From the NCBI GenBank assembly GCA_035492545.1, contig DATJJD010000146.1, positions 26,866-90,865 of the forward strand: DNA of 64,000 nt, read 5' to 3'. Each line of letters opens with the position of its first letter. The stretch's first letter is position 1. The stretch is from Puia sp. (GTDB lineage Bacteria; Bacteroidota; Bacteroidia; Chitinophagales; Chitinophagaceae). A program made the position numbers and the translations under genes. The notes under the pieces are model-generated. The model did not search any database. It was not told the origin of the DNA and saw nothing but the letters and a program-made list of their open reading frames with translations. Positions 36,960 to 45,546 of this stretch are shown here, piece after piece.

Positions 36960-38297
36960 CTACGGTGTCCAGTAATTGCCCGAGAGGATGATCAGCGTGA
37001 TCATCTTGATGCTGTTGTCATAGTAGTCGAAATCTTTCAGTTTAAAATTCGCCAGGTAGTCCCAGCCTTTGTTTAACCAGGGCTGATTATCCTTGCTGAT
37101 CATCGCGGATACGGCAAAAGGGGCGATGAAGCAGAGGGCTTCATAATTGCGCCTGGGCAGGTCTTCCCCGGCCAGGTTATAGCCTGCTGAGATATTGTCC
37201 GGGTTATTTCCTGTTGTGGATCTTATCCATCGGTTGATAGGGGTGAGGAAGTCGGCTGCCTTTTTATCCCCGGACGTCAGATAATCCGCGGCTACCCGCC
37301 AGGGTACGCGGCAAGCGTTGAAGTTATACACCCCATCGTACTGGGACTCCAGGTAATGCGGCTGTGCGGGAGTAGCAGAGACTGTCCCCGTGTCGCTGGC
37401 GGCTTCCATTTTTATATGTTTGATAAAATCAGGCACCAATCCCGCATCCGGGCTATAGGTATCCTGGAGATAATGGAATACCCGGTAATTGTTTTCGAGG
37501 ACCGTATCCCACCCCGTCTCCCCTGTCGCCCTTCTAAAAGCCCGGATATGATCGGGCATAAAATCGGAAGATCGCATGTCGAAAAAATCCTTGCTGCCCT
37601 TATTGGCTGTATTACTTTCCATGACACAATAAGTCTCCGGGTTGACTTCCTGTCTGCGGATGGCTTTTATGATCTCCAGGGCATCTTCCCGGTAAGGGAT
37701 CGTGCTGTTGCGCCCCCATTGTGCGTCTGCCAGCAGCAGCGAATAGGCAATATCCATATCCCCGTCAGTAGCCGTGCTGCCGTCGATGCTGTGGCAGTCT
37801 TTGTTCTGGCACCAGGCCATCAATTGGGGACTGGACTGGCTGGGATGCGCTTTATAAAACCGGTAAAGTGCATCATAAGTAGCCTGCGCATCCGGGTCGA
37901 ACCCTGCCATCAGTGCGACGATGACCATGCCATAACCCTGGCCTTCCGATACGCAGATATTCGTACCGCGGGTCCCTTCAAACCATACGTAGGACTCTCC
38001 CTGTTCACAACCGGGGAGAATATAGTGTTTCTTCCACTGCTGATAAAAGGACCGGACGCTGTCATCCAGGGTCTCCTGGCTGATATGATCCGGCAGAATG
38101 GAGCCCTGACAATAGGAGGCATGCTGGGGAAAAGGCCTGGCAGGGACCGGCCGCTCCGGCGGCGAAGAAGGATGTGTCTTCAGGGCCCTGGATGGAGTCG
38201 TTGGCCGCACAGGGGCAGGCAGTGCGGATCGCAGAGCCGGAAGGAGGAAGACCAGGATGGCCAGAAAAGGGATGGTCCGTTGTTTACGCTGCTTCAT
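36960..38297 (-). CDS. Glycoside hydrolase family 8 protein
   Basis: Signal peptide; VSEGQGYGM catalytic Glu; GH8 signature ATDGDMDIAYSLLLA; NACRVPWR. Confidence 0.92.
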   Translation of the reverse strand: MKQRKQRTIPFLAILVFLLPALRSALPAPVRPTTPSRALKTHPSSPPERPVPARPFPQHASYCQGSILPDHISQETLDDSVRSFYQQWKKHYILPGCEQGESYVWFEGTRGTNICVSEGQGYGMVIVALMAGFDPDAQATYDALYRFYKAHPSQSSPQLMAWCQNKDCHSIDGSTATDGDMDIAYSLLLADAQWGRNSTIPYREDALEIIKAIRRQEVNPETYCVMESNTANKGSKDFFDMRSSDFMPDHIRAFRRATGETGWDTVLENNYRVFHYLQDTYSPDAGLVPDFIKHIKMEAASDTGTVSATPAQPHYLESQYDGVYNFNACRVPWRVAADYLTSGDKKAADFLTPINRWIRSTTGNNPDNISAGYNLAGEDLPRRNYEALCFIAPFAVSAMISKDNQPWLNKGWDYLANFKLKDFDYYDNSIKMITLIILSGNYWTP

Positions 38298-38476
38298 CTA
38301 TTATAATTTTTTGCTAATTATTCTTACCGGATCAGCGATCCTCATGCTTATCATATGGCAGCAGCTTGTTGCCAAATACAATTTTCACGCCATAACTGGA
38401 CGGACCCCACTTAGCAGATGAGGTCTTGGCCTTTATTCCTAGTTTTGTGCCGGATCATCGGCATTAAATTTTTTTT

Positions 38477-39343
38477 ATGAAAATTGGATTTATCGGTCTT
38501 GGCAGCCTGGGTACGCCCATTGCCCTGAATCTGGCGGATAGCGGGCATGAATTATATGTTTACAATCGGACAGCTTCCAAAGTTGCACCGCTGGCCGAAA
38601 AAGGGGCCATCGTCTGTGAGTCTGTCGCCGCCCTCGCCAGGCAGTGCCCGGTCCTGTTCACCATCGTTTCGGACGATGCAGCCCTGAAAGGCATTTGCGA
38701 AGGAGAGGGCGGGCTGTTGGAAAACCTGACCCCGGAGAGTATTCATGTTTCCCTGACTACCGTCCTGCCGGAAACGGCCAAAGAACTGGCAGATCGACAT
38801 GCTCAGCACGGGCAGCATTACCTGGCTTCCCCTGTCTTCGGCCGGCCGGAGGCTGCCATCGCCCGGAAGTTGAATTATATCCTGGCAGGCCCCGGGTTTT
38901 TAAAAGAGAAGATTGAGCCCTTGCTGAAAGATTCAGGAGGTATAAAGGTCTGGGATTTCGGAGAAGCCATTACGGCCGCCAACACCGTAAAACTTTGCGG
39001 GAATTTTTTAATTGCAGCCGCCCTGGAAGCCATTGGGGAAAGTATCGCCCTGGCCAGAAGCAGCGGTGTGGATGCTGGCCGCATGTGGGAACTGTTTAAC
39101 CAGACCTTATTCAATACGCCGGTCTATCATAATTACAGCAATCTCATCGTGCAGCAAAAATTCGAGCCCGCTGCCTTTACGATGCAGCTGGGCCTGAAAG
39201 ACATGAACCTGGTATTACAGCAGGCCGCCTCCGTACAACAAAACATGCCCCTGGCCGCCCTGTTAAAAGAACACATGCAGCAACTGGTTAGCGAAGGAAA
39301 ACAAAGCATGGACTGGAGCGCCGTCTCTTTCGCTGCCCGGTGA
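38477..39343 (+). CDS. NAD(P)-dependent oxidoreductase (3-hydroxyisobutyrate dehydrogenase family)
   Basis: IGFIGLGSLG, YNRT, SPVFG, VKLCGN, GLKDM. TAGTTTTG -7 box at 38440-38447. Confidence 0.9.
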   Translation: MKIGFIGLGSLGTPIALNLADSGHELYVYNRTASKVAPLAEKGAIVCESVAALARQCPVLFTIVSDDAALKGICEGEGGLLENLTPESIHVSLTTVLPETAKELADRHAQHGQHYLASPVFGRPEAAIARKLNYILAGPGFLKEKIEPLLKDSGGIKVWDFGEAITAANTVKLCGNFLIAAALEAIGESIALARSSGVDAGRMWELFNQTLFNTPVYHNYSNLIVQQKFEPAAFTMQLGLKDMNLVLQQAASVQQNMPLAALLKEHMQQLVSEGKQSMDWSAVSFAAR

Positions 39344-39546
39344 TCTCATCTTAACATTCTGCTTAACATTTCTTATAGGAAACATTAACAAGCAGTATGC
39401 AACGAAGCATGCTGCCCTTCTCTCTTAGTTAGACAAACTCCATCAGAAAATAATACGGAATAAGATAACATAAGTGTTTCTGTCTACGACGGATCAGTAA
39501 CGGTATTGTATATACTAACTATTTATAAACCTTTAAATCTACGTAC

Positions 39547-40581
39547 ATGATTCGTTCAGTTTATCTACCACTTCTTGGAATTCTTATTATTACGTTGTTC
39601 ACTTATTCTTCATGCAACAAGGCCAATTTGTCCTGGGCCCAGGATGGAAATTGGGTGCAGGCGGCTGCTATCGGCCTTTACCCCAGGGGTAACCCCTCTA
39701 CATTCGTCATCGGCGATAAAGCCTATGTGGGGCTTGGCTTCAACGAGTCGGTAGGAGGACGGGGCAGGTTGAATGACTTCTGGTCCTTTAGCCTGGACAG
39801 CGGCTGGATCCAGAAAGCGGACTTCCCCGGGCCGCCCCGGAGCAACGCAGCGGCCTTTAGCCTGGACGGTTACGGGTATATCGGCACCGGGACGGACGGC
39901 CACGTTGCTTTTCATGACTTCTATCAATATGATCCTGTCGGTAATGTATGGACGGCGAAGGATTCTTTTCCCGGAGGCGACCGTTATGATGCCGTGGGTT
40001 TCGGACTGCGGGGAAAAGGATATATCGGTACAGGGTTTAATATTTATTGGATGAATGATTTTTACCAGTACGATCCATCTTCTAACACCTGGGCAAGAAC
40101 TCCGGGGACTTCCGGGAATTTCTCCAAACGAAAAGGGGCCGTATCCTTTGTCTACCATGATACTGCCTATATCGTTACGGGCTCTACCAGTGGGGGAATG
40201 GCCCGGGATGCCTGGGCTTTCGATCCAACTCTACCCATTCCCTGGATACCGCTTCACAACATTACCAACACCGATCCAGGCAGTTTTGACGACGGTTATA
40301 CGGACATACAGCGCGAATATGCTTCGGCGTTTGTAAATGGAGACCATGCATACCTGGTCCTGGGCCAAAATGTCTCCCTGGTGACCAGCACCTGGGAATA
40401 TGATTTTGTACAGGACATCTGGTCCAGGAGAACAGCCTATCCCCGGCAGCCAAGATTTGGGGCCGCGGCTTTTACCATCGGGGGCAAGAGTTTTATCGGG
40501 GCAGGTGCTTCGGGTAGCAACGCCACTTTTGATGACTTTAACCAGTTCGTACCGGATCAGGCATTTAATCCGAATGACTGA
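39547..40581 (+). CDS. Kelch/galactose-oxidase-repeat beta-propeller lipoprotein
   Basis: Lipobox YSSC; repeated R..A..F...G.GY.GTG...DF..YDP....W units. Confidence 0.85.
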   Translation: MIRSVYLPLLGILIITLFTYSSCNKANLSWAQDGNWVQAAAIGLYPRGNPSTFVIGDKAYVGLGFNESVGGRGRLNDFWSFSLDSGWIQKADFPGPPRSNAAAFSLDGYGYIGTGTDGHVAFHDFYQYDPVGNVWTAKDSFPGGDRYDAVGFGLRGKGYIGTGFNIYWMNDFYQYDPSSNTWARTPGTSGNFSKRKGAVSFVYHDTAYIVTGSTSGGMARDAWAFDPTLPIPWIPLHNITNTDPGSFDDGYTDIQREYASAFVNGDHAYLVLGQNVSLVTSTWEYDFVQDIWSRRTAYPRQPRFGAAAFTIGGKSFIGAGASGSNATFDDFNQFVPDQAFNPND

Positions 40582-40588
40582 CGCAAAG

Positions 40589-40618
40589 AAATGGTCCCGG
40601 CCAAAGCCGGGACCATTT
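40589..40618. terminator. Probable bidirectional intrinsic terminator
   Basis: AAATGGTCCCGGC-CAAA-GCCGGGACCATTT, a 13-bp perfect stem between convergent genes. Confidence 0.85.
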
Positions 40619-40630
40619 TCTCTCTCAGCG

Positions 40631-40676
40631 CACTCTTCACGGGGGATCACTCTTCACGGGACCATCCTTCACCCGG
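40631..40676. repeat. Short degenerate tandem repeat
   Basis: CACTCTTCACGGG at 40631 and 40648, with a degenerate CATCCTTCACCCGG at 40663. Confidence 0.5.
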
Positions 40677-40690
40677 CACGGTTCCCCCCA

Positions 40691-42232
40691 TTATTTTATG
40701 ATGATGATCTGTTTGGCCATGACCTGCCGGTTATCCGAGAGCCGGGCGATATAAGCGCCGGACGGGAGGCTGCCTGCATGGCCGGCATTTACGGACACCT
40801 GCTGACGACCATCCAGGACCGACCAGTCCTTTTCATTAATTTTATTTCCGCTCATGTCGAATAATTCCAGCCGGACATTCTTCAGGGATTGAGAAGCTTC
40901 TACGTACAAGCTATTACTTTCAATTACGGTAGGGTATATGCGGATCGATTGATTGGCGCTGTGCAGGGCTACGCTGATAATGGTGGAATAATTGGTCGTA
41001 CCATCCCGGTCTGTCATAGCCAGCCGGTAGTATATCGTGCCGTTATAAGCGTATTGATCCGTATAGGAATAGTTCTGCAGGGTGCCGCCGTTGCCGGTGG
41101 CAGCGGTAGTATGTACATCGGTGAAGCTGGCGCCGTCCGTGCTACGCTGTATGACAAAATGGTCGAAGCCTACGGCGTCGGTGGTCTGCCAGGTCAATTG
41201 AGCCTGGTCGGCCGACAGGGCGGATACGGACCAACTCACCAGGGTGACCGGCAGCAAGGTGGCGCTCATCGAAAAGCTCACCCGGTCGGCGCCCCCGTTC
41301 TGATAATATTCCAGTACCATGTTATAGGTTCCGTTGAGCAGGCCGTTGTAGGTGGTGACGCCATAAGATTGGTCATTCCATCTGTTGATCACCCAGGTAG
41401 CGCCTCCATCCAGGCTAAACCGGTAGCCGTCATCACCACCGATGGTAATGACATAATTGCCTTTCGGGAGAGCCTGGGTAAGACGATAGCGGGCGCTGAA
41501 TTGCTGGGTCTGTATCGAACAGCTGTTCGTATTGTAGGTCACGGTACCACCGCCGGGGTTGCCGAAATTCTCATCGAAGTTGGGGTTCGAAGAGGCGCCT
41601 TCCGTTACCTGTCCTTTATACATATCGAAATTCATTCCCTGATAGAGGTACCCGCTCCAGACGTTGTTCGTACCATAGACAGCAGGATTACCGGTACCCA
41701 TACAGATGGGAGTCACATTGAAGGACACGCGGTTGGCCCCGCCATTCTCATAATATTCCAGTACCATATTGGTAGAACCGTTCAGCGCTACGGTATAGGT
41801 GGTCGTCGTATATCCCTGATCGTTCCATCTGTTGATCGCCCAGGTGGCGCCCCCATCCAGGCTCAGCCGGAATCCATCGTCTCCCCCTACGGTGAAAAGA
41901 TAGTTGCCATTGGGAAAGTTCTGGGTCAGCTTATACCGGACGCTGAAGTTCTCTGTGTAGACGGCACAGCCATTGGTATTGTAATTCACCTGGTTACCGC
42001 CAAAACTCTCGTCGAAATTGGAGCTGCCTGCGGCCCCCTCCGTTACATACCCCGTATAGGTATCGAAATTCTTACCCTGATAGACATAACCGATCCAGAC
42101 ATTGCCTGTGCCGTATGTGGTCTGATCACCCTGGGGAGTACAGGACTGGGCGTTGCTATAGTGGGCCGCCAATACCACGAGGCTGACGAGGAGGAAGATG
42201 ATTTTCAGAAGGCGTGGGTACAGATTGTTCAT
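40691..42232 (-). CDS. T9SS-secreted protein with two tandem PA14-like domains
   Basis: Signal peptide; duplicated YGT.NVW.GY.YQG.NFD...GGDDG(F/Y)R.SLDGGATW.INRWNDQ.Y...MVLEYY.NGGA.RVSF; LPVTL domain; CTD IYPT...LPSGAYI. Confidence 0.8.
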   Translation of the reverse strand: MNNLYPRLLKIIFLLVSLVVLAAHYSNAQSCTPQGDQTTYGTGNVWIGYVYQGKNFDTYTGYVTEGAAGSSNFDESFGGNQVNYNTNGCAVYTENFSVRYKLTQNFPNGNYLFTVGGDDGFRLSLDGGATWAINRWNDQGYTTTTYTVALNGSTNMVLEYYENGGANRVSFNVTPICMGTGNPAVYGTNNVWSGYLYQGMNFDMYKGQVTEGASSNPNFDENFGNPGGGTVTYNTNSCSIQTQQFSARYRLTQALPKGNYVITIGGDDGYRFSLDGGATWVINRWNDQSYGVTTYNGLLNGTYNMVLEYYQNGGADRVSFSMSATLLPVTLVSWSVSALSADQAQLTWQTTDAVGFDHFVIQRSTDGASFTDVHTTAATGNGGTLQNYSYTDQYAYNGTIYYRLAMTDRDGTTNYSTIISVALHSANQSIRIYPTVIESNSLYVEASQSLKNVRLELFDMSGNKINEKDWSVLDGRQQVSVNAGHAGSLPSGAYIARLSDNRQVMAKQIIIIK

Positions 42233-42354
42233 GCTGCTTTATTTAGGATACCCTTTCAGATTCCATTTGCATGCCATTGTGTATCTAATTGATATTAAAT
42301 AATTTGAAAATAATATTTTCCAATTATTTAATCTATAAAAGGGAATGGATTCTA

Positions 42355-43821
42355 TTATATGGAAAATGCCTTTTTTAGGATTTCCATCGCTTCTTCCATT
42401 TCTTTTTCCCGGAGGGAAGCGAAGCCCAGGCGGAGAGCATTTCCATTTATCGGATCGCCGTTATAATAGCTGCCGTCGTTGATCAATAATCCCAGGCGGG
42501 AGGCGCGGGCGGCTAGCAGGGGGAGGGATTGGTCCGCCCTCGCCCAGACCGCCATTCCTCCATCGGGTTTCCTGAAGTGGAGGTGACCGTCCAGGTGATG
42601 GGTCAGCAGCTCGCAGAGATGATCCCGGCGGGCATGGTAGATCTTACCTGCTTTTTTCAGGTGACGGGCCAGGTCTCCATCCCGGATCAGCATGGCCAGC
42701 GCATCTTCCTGCAGATGGTCTCCCCGGATATCCAGGACCCGCCGCAAACGGGTAGCCTGGGCGATAAAGTCGGGAGGTGCAATTATATAACCGATACGGA
42801 TAGAGGGTGCAAGGGATTTGGTAAGACTTCCGATGTAAATGACATTTCCACCATGGTCGGCGCTGGCCAGCGGAAGAATGGGACCGGAGCTGTAGTGAAA
42901 ATCATAGTCATAGTCGTCTTCGATGACGATGAGCTGGTAACGCCGGATGAGATCCAGCAGTTTCATTCTCCGGTGCATGCTGAGGGTGACGGTGGTGGGA
43001 TGATGATGATGGGAGACCACATACAGCATCCGGGGTTTTCTTTTTTTGCAGAGGGCTTCCACGGCATCCACATCCATGCCCTCTTCATCTACCGGTACCT
43101 GCAGCAGCCGGGCCCCGGCCAGTTCGAATGCCTTGTCGGCCATAAAATAATTCGGCCGGGTAACGATGACCTCGTCTCCCTTTTTCAGGATCAGCTGCGC
43201 CGCCAGATAGATGGCCATTTGCGCCCCCCGGGTGATCTGTATATTGTCGGGGCTCAACGTCAGTCCTCGGGTGTCGGTGAGGAAACGGGTCATCGCTTCC
43301 CGCAGGGATATCGTACCGGCATAACTCCCTGGCGAGGTGAATTTCTTATAATTCCTTTCGGCGCTGAGCTCTTTACAGGCGCGAAAGAATAGGTCCATAG
43401 GCGCCAGCCGGCTATCGGGAAGCCCATCGTTTATGACGATGCGGTGCTGGTTCTTCGACAGCGGGAAGTCCGGGAGGGAGAGGGTTTGGTTAAAGGTAAA
43501 CCCGGCAGGGCCCGCATAAGCTGGTTGACGGGTCTGCGCTTTAAAGCTTTTAGGCTTCAGCTCCGGCAGCCGGGAAGAGACCGAGATGCCTTTTCGGGGA
43601 ATCACCTCGATCCAATCCTGGGCACAGAGTTCGTCATAGGCCGCCACCACCGTCTTACGATGGACCTGTAAGAGAACCGCCAGCTCCCGGCTGCCGGGAA
43701 GACGGGCCCCGGGATGGATGATGCCGTCACGGATCAGCTTTACCAACTGGTTGGCAATTTGCTGATAGACGGCTGTCTCTGCTTTTCGATCGATGAGGAT
43801 CAAGGTGGGAAAGGGTAACAT
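42355..43821 (-). CDS. MocR/GabR family regulator (GntR HTH plus PLP-dependent aminotransferase domain)
   Basis: LPGSRELA..LQVHRKTVVAAY; EDDYDYDF; GSLTKSLAPSIRIGY. Confidence 0.93.
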   Translation of the reverse strand: MLPFPTLILIDRKAETAVYQQIANQLVKLIRDGIIHPGARLPGSRELAVLLQVHRKTVVAAYDELCAQDWIEVIPRKGISVSSRLPELKPKSFKAQTRQPAYAGPAGFTFNQTLSLPDFPLSKNQHRIVINDGLPDSRLAPMDLFFRACKELSAERNYKKFTSPGSYAGTISLREAMTRFLTDTRGLTLSPDNIQITRGAQMAIYLAAQLILKKGDEVIVTRPNYFMADKAFELAGARLLQVPVDEEGMDVDAVEALCKKRKPRMLYVVSHHHHPTTVTLSMHRRMKLLDLIRRYQLIVIEDDYDYDFHYSSGPILPLASADHGGNVIYIGSLTKSLAPSIRIGYIIAPPDFIAQATRLRRVLDIRGDHLQEDALAMLIRDGDLARHLKKAGKIYHARRDHLCELLTHHLDGHLHFRKPDGGMAVWARADQSLPLLAARASRLGLLINDGSYYNGDPINGNALRLGFASLREKEMEEAMEILKKAFSI

Positions 43822-43822
43822 A

Positions 43823-43866
43823 CTGGACTACTTGATTTAGTTGATCTGGCCCCTAAAGGTAGTCCA
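43823..43866. promoter_or_regulatory. Putative MocR operator
   Basis: Direct repeats CTGGAC (43823) and CTGGCC (43846) plus inverted GTAGTCCA (43859-43866, complement of TGGACTAC). TAATTTTG -7 box at 43876-43883. Confidence 0.6.
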
Positions 43867-43911
43867 AAAGCCCTTTAATTTTGACGTCCTGATTATAAAA
43901 AGTAAAACAAT

Positions 43912-44361
43912 ATGGAACTTACTATGGAAAAAAGATTTCACATGAACGAAGTACAGCCGGACGCTTTCCGGGTGATGCGGGAGTTGTCAAAATATGTAGC
44001 GGCTACGGGTATACCTCAAGGGCAGCAGGAGCTGATCAAGATCCGTGCTTCGCAGATCAATGGCTGCGCTTATTGTATCAACATGCATGCAATAGAGGCG
44101 CGGAAATTGGGAGAGGCTGAGCAGCGGATCTATTTGCTCTCTGCCTGGAAGGATACCCCGGTCTATACAAAAGAAGAGCGGCTGATGCTGGAGATGACCG
44201 AAGAGATCACCCTGATCCACCGGCAGGGGCTTTCCGCTGCTGTCTATCAACGGGCCATCGCCCTGTTCGGGGAAGAAAAAACGGCGCAGATCATCATGAC
44301 CATTGTCACCATCAATGCCTGGAACCGGATTATGGTAAGCCTGCAGACAGAGCCGGAATAA
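43912..44361 (+). CDS. Carboxymuconolactone decarboxylase/AhpD family protein
   Basis: LIKIRASQINGCAYCINMH (CxxC), INAWNR. Confidence 0.92.
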   Translation: MELTMEKRFHMNEVQPDAFRVMRELSKYVAATGIPQGQQELIKIRASQINGCAYCINMHAIEARKLGEAEQRIYLLSAWKDTPVYTKEERLMLEMTEEITLIHRQGLSAAVYQRAIALFGEEKTAQIIMTIVTINAWNRIMVSLQTEPE

Positions 44362-44382
44362 ATTCTTTACTACATTAGCACT

Positions 44383-44823
44383 ATGAGAATAGCATTCGCC
44401 CAAACCGATGACGAAATCCTTGCCTGCCTGGAGACGGTGCAGGCCCTCCGCCCGCATATCACAGATGCCGCCTCTTTTCTGGCGCAGGTAAAGGAGATGA
44501 AGCCCGAAGGCTATAAGATCCTCTATGCCGCCGTGGAAGAAGATGGAAAAGAGGTAGTGGTGGCATTCGCGGGCTATCGTCCCATGCTGAAGTTACATCG
44601 CGGTCCCATCTTTTATATCGACGACCTTTCTACCCATCCCGCCCATAGGGGTAAAGGTTATGCGGGTCGGCTGCTCGACGAGATCCACGGGCTGGCAAAG
44701 TCCGAAGGCAAAATAGCTGTGGAACTGGACAGCGGTTATCACCGGACCGATGCCCACCGGTTGTATCTCAACAAGCGATATACCTTGTCATCCCATCATT
44801 TTGCTTTTATGGTAGAGGGGTAG
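44383..44823 (+). CDS. GNAT family N-acetyltransferase
   Basis: YIDDLST...HRGKGYA acetyl-CoA motif; LDSG..R..AHRLY. Confidence 0.88.
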   Translation: MRIAFAQTDDEILACLETVQALRPHITDAASFLAQVKEMKPEGYKILYAAVEEDGKEVVVAFAGYRPMLKLHRGPIFYIDDLSTHPAHRGKGYAGRLLDEIHGLAKSEGKIAVELDSGYHRTDAHRLYLNKRYTLSSHHFAFMVEG

Positions 44824-44884
44824 TGGGCGTATAAAGTTGTTGGATATTTTCGCGCTTCAGAGATCGGAGTGGTATTTAAATTTT

Positions 44885-44908
44885 GTAAGTAAATAAACAT
44901 TTACTTAC
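44885..44908. promoter_or_regulatory. Putative TetR operator
   Basis: GTAAGTAAAT-AAAC-ATTTACTTAC, 10-bp perfect arms, 21 bp before the TetR ATG. Confidence 0.75.
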
Positions 44909-44929
44909 TTTGTGCCAACAAATGTATAA

Positions 44930-45526
44930 ATGAGACCTAAAAATTTAGAAAAAGAGCAAGCCATTCGCACGATAGCCTTGCGCATCATTGCAGAAGAGGG
45001 CCTGGAAAACCTCAGCATGCAGAAGCTGGCGAAGGCGGCTAACATATCTCCCCGGACCATTTATATAAAATATGAGAATAAGGAGGACCTGTTGATCCGC
45101 CTTTACATTGAAGAAGTATTGGAGGCATATGAGGCGGCCATCCTGGTAAAATTTGACGAGACCATGGATTTTGCCGAAGGGGTAAAAAGACTCTGGCTCA
45201 ATGCTTTTGCCTACTTTAAAAATAACCGGCATGCTTTCGCCTTGATCCGGTACGGGAAATCCTCGCCGCTGTTAAATAAAGCTTTTCAGAAAGCTAACAT
45301 AAAAGAAGGGCAATTTTTTGCTCCCATTCTTCGCTTCCTGAAGCTCCAGGTGGCCGCAGGCATCATCAAAGATTTCCCTTTTGATGTGCAACGGGCCTTG
45401 CTGTTCTCACCGGTAATTGACCTGGTCGCCGAATATTTTGATTATAAGGACCGTCCCAAACAGATCATCACGGAAAAAACAATGCTGGCATGCTGCGAGG
45501 TAGTCATAAAAGGCATGCTGAAATAA
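44930..45526 (+). CDS. TetR/AcrR family transcriptional regulator
   Basis: N-terminal HTH GLENLSMQKLAKAANISPRTIYIKYENKEDL. Confidence 0.9.
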   Translation: MRPKNLEKEQAIRTIALRIIAEEGLENLSMQKLAKAANISPRTIYIKYENKEDLLIRLYIEEVLEAYEAAILVKFDETMDFAEGVKRLWLNAFAYFKNNRHAFALIRYGKSSPLLNKAFQKANIKEGQFFAPILRFLKLQVAAGIIKDFPFDVQRALLFSPVIDLVAEYFDYKDRPKQIITEKTMLACCEVVIKGMLK

Positions 45527-45546
45527 ATAACTGTAAAACAAGAAAG

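Noticed and set aside
40631-40676. Mini CRISPR array
   Set aside because: The units are 13 bp with 2-4 bp gaps, there are no unique spacers, and no cas genes are present.
40889-42292. 467-aa plus-strand ORF
   Set aside because: Antisense shadow of the PA14/T9SS gene, with no recognisable motifs.
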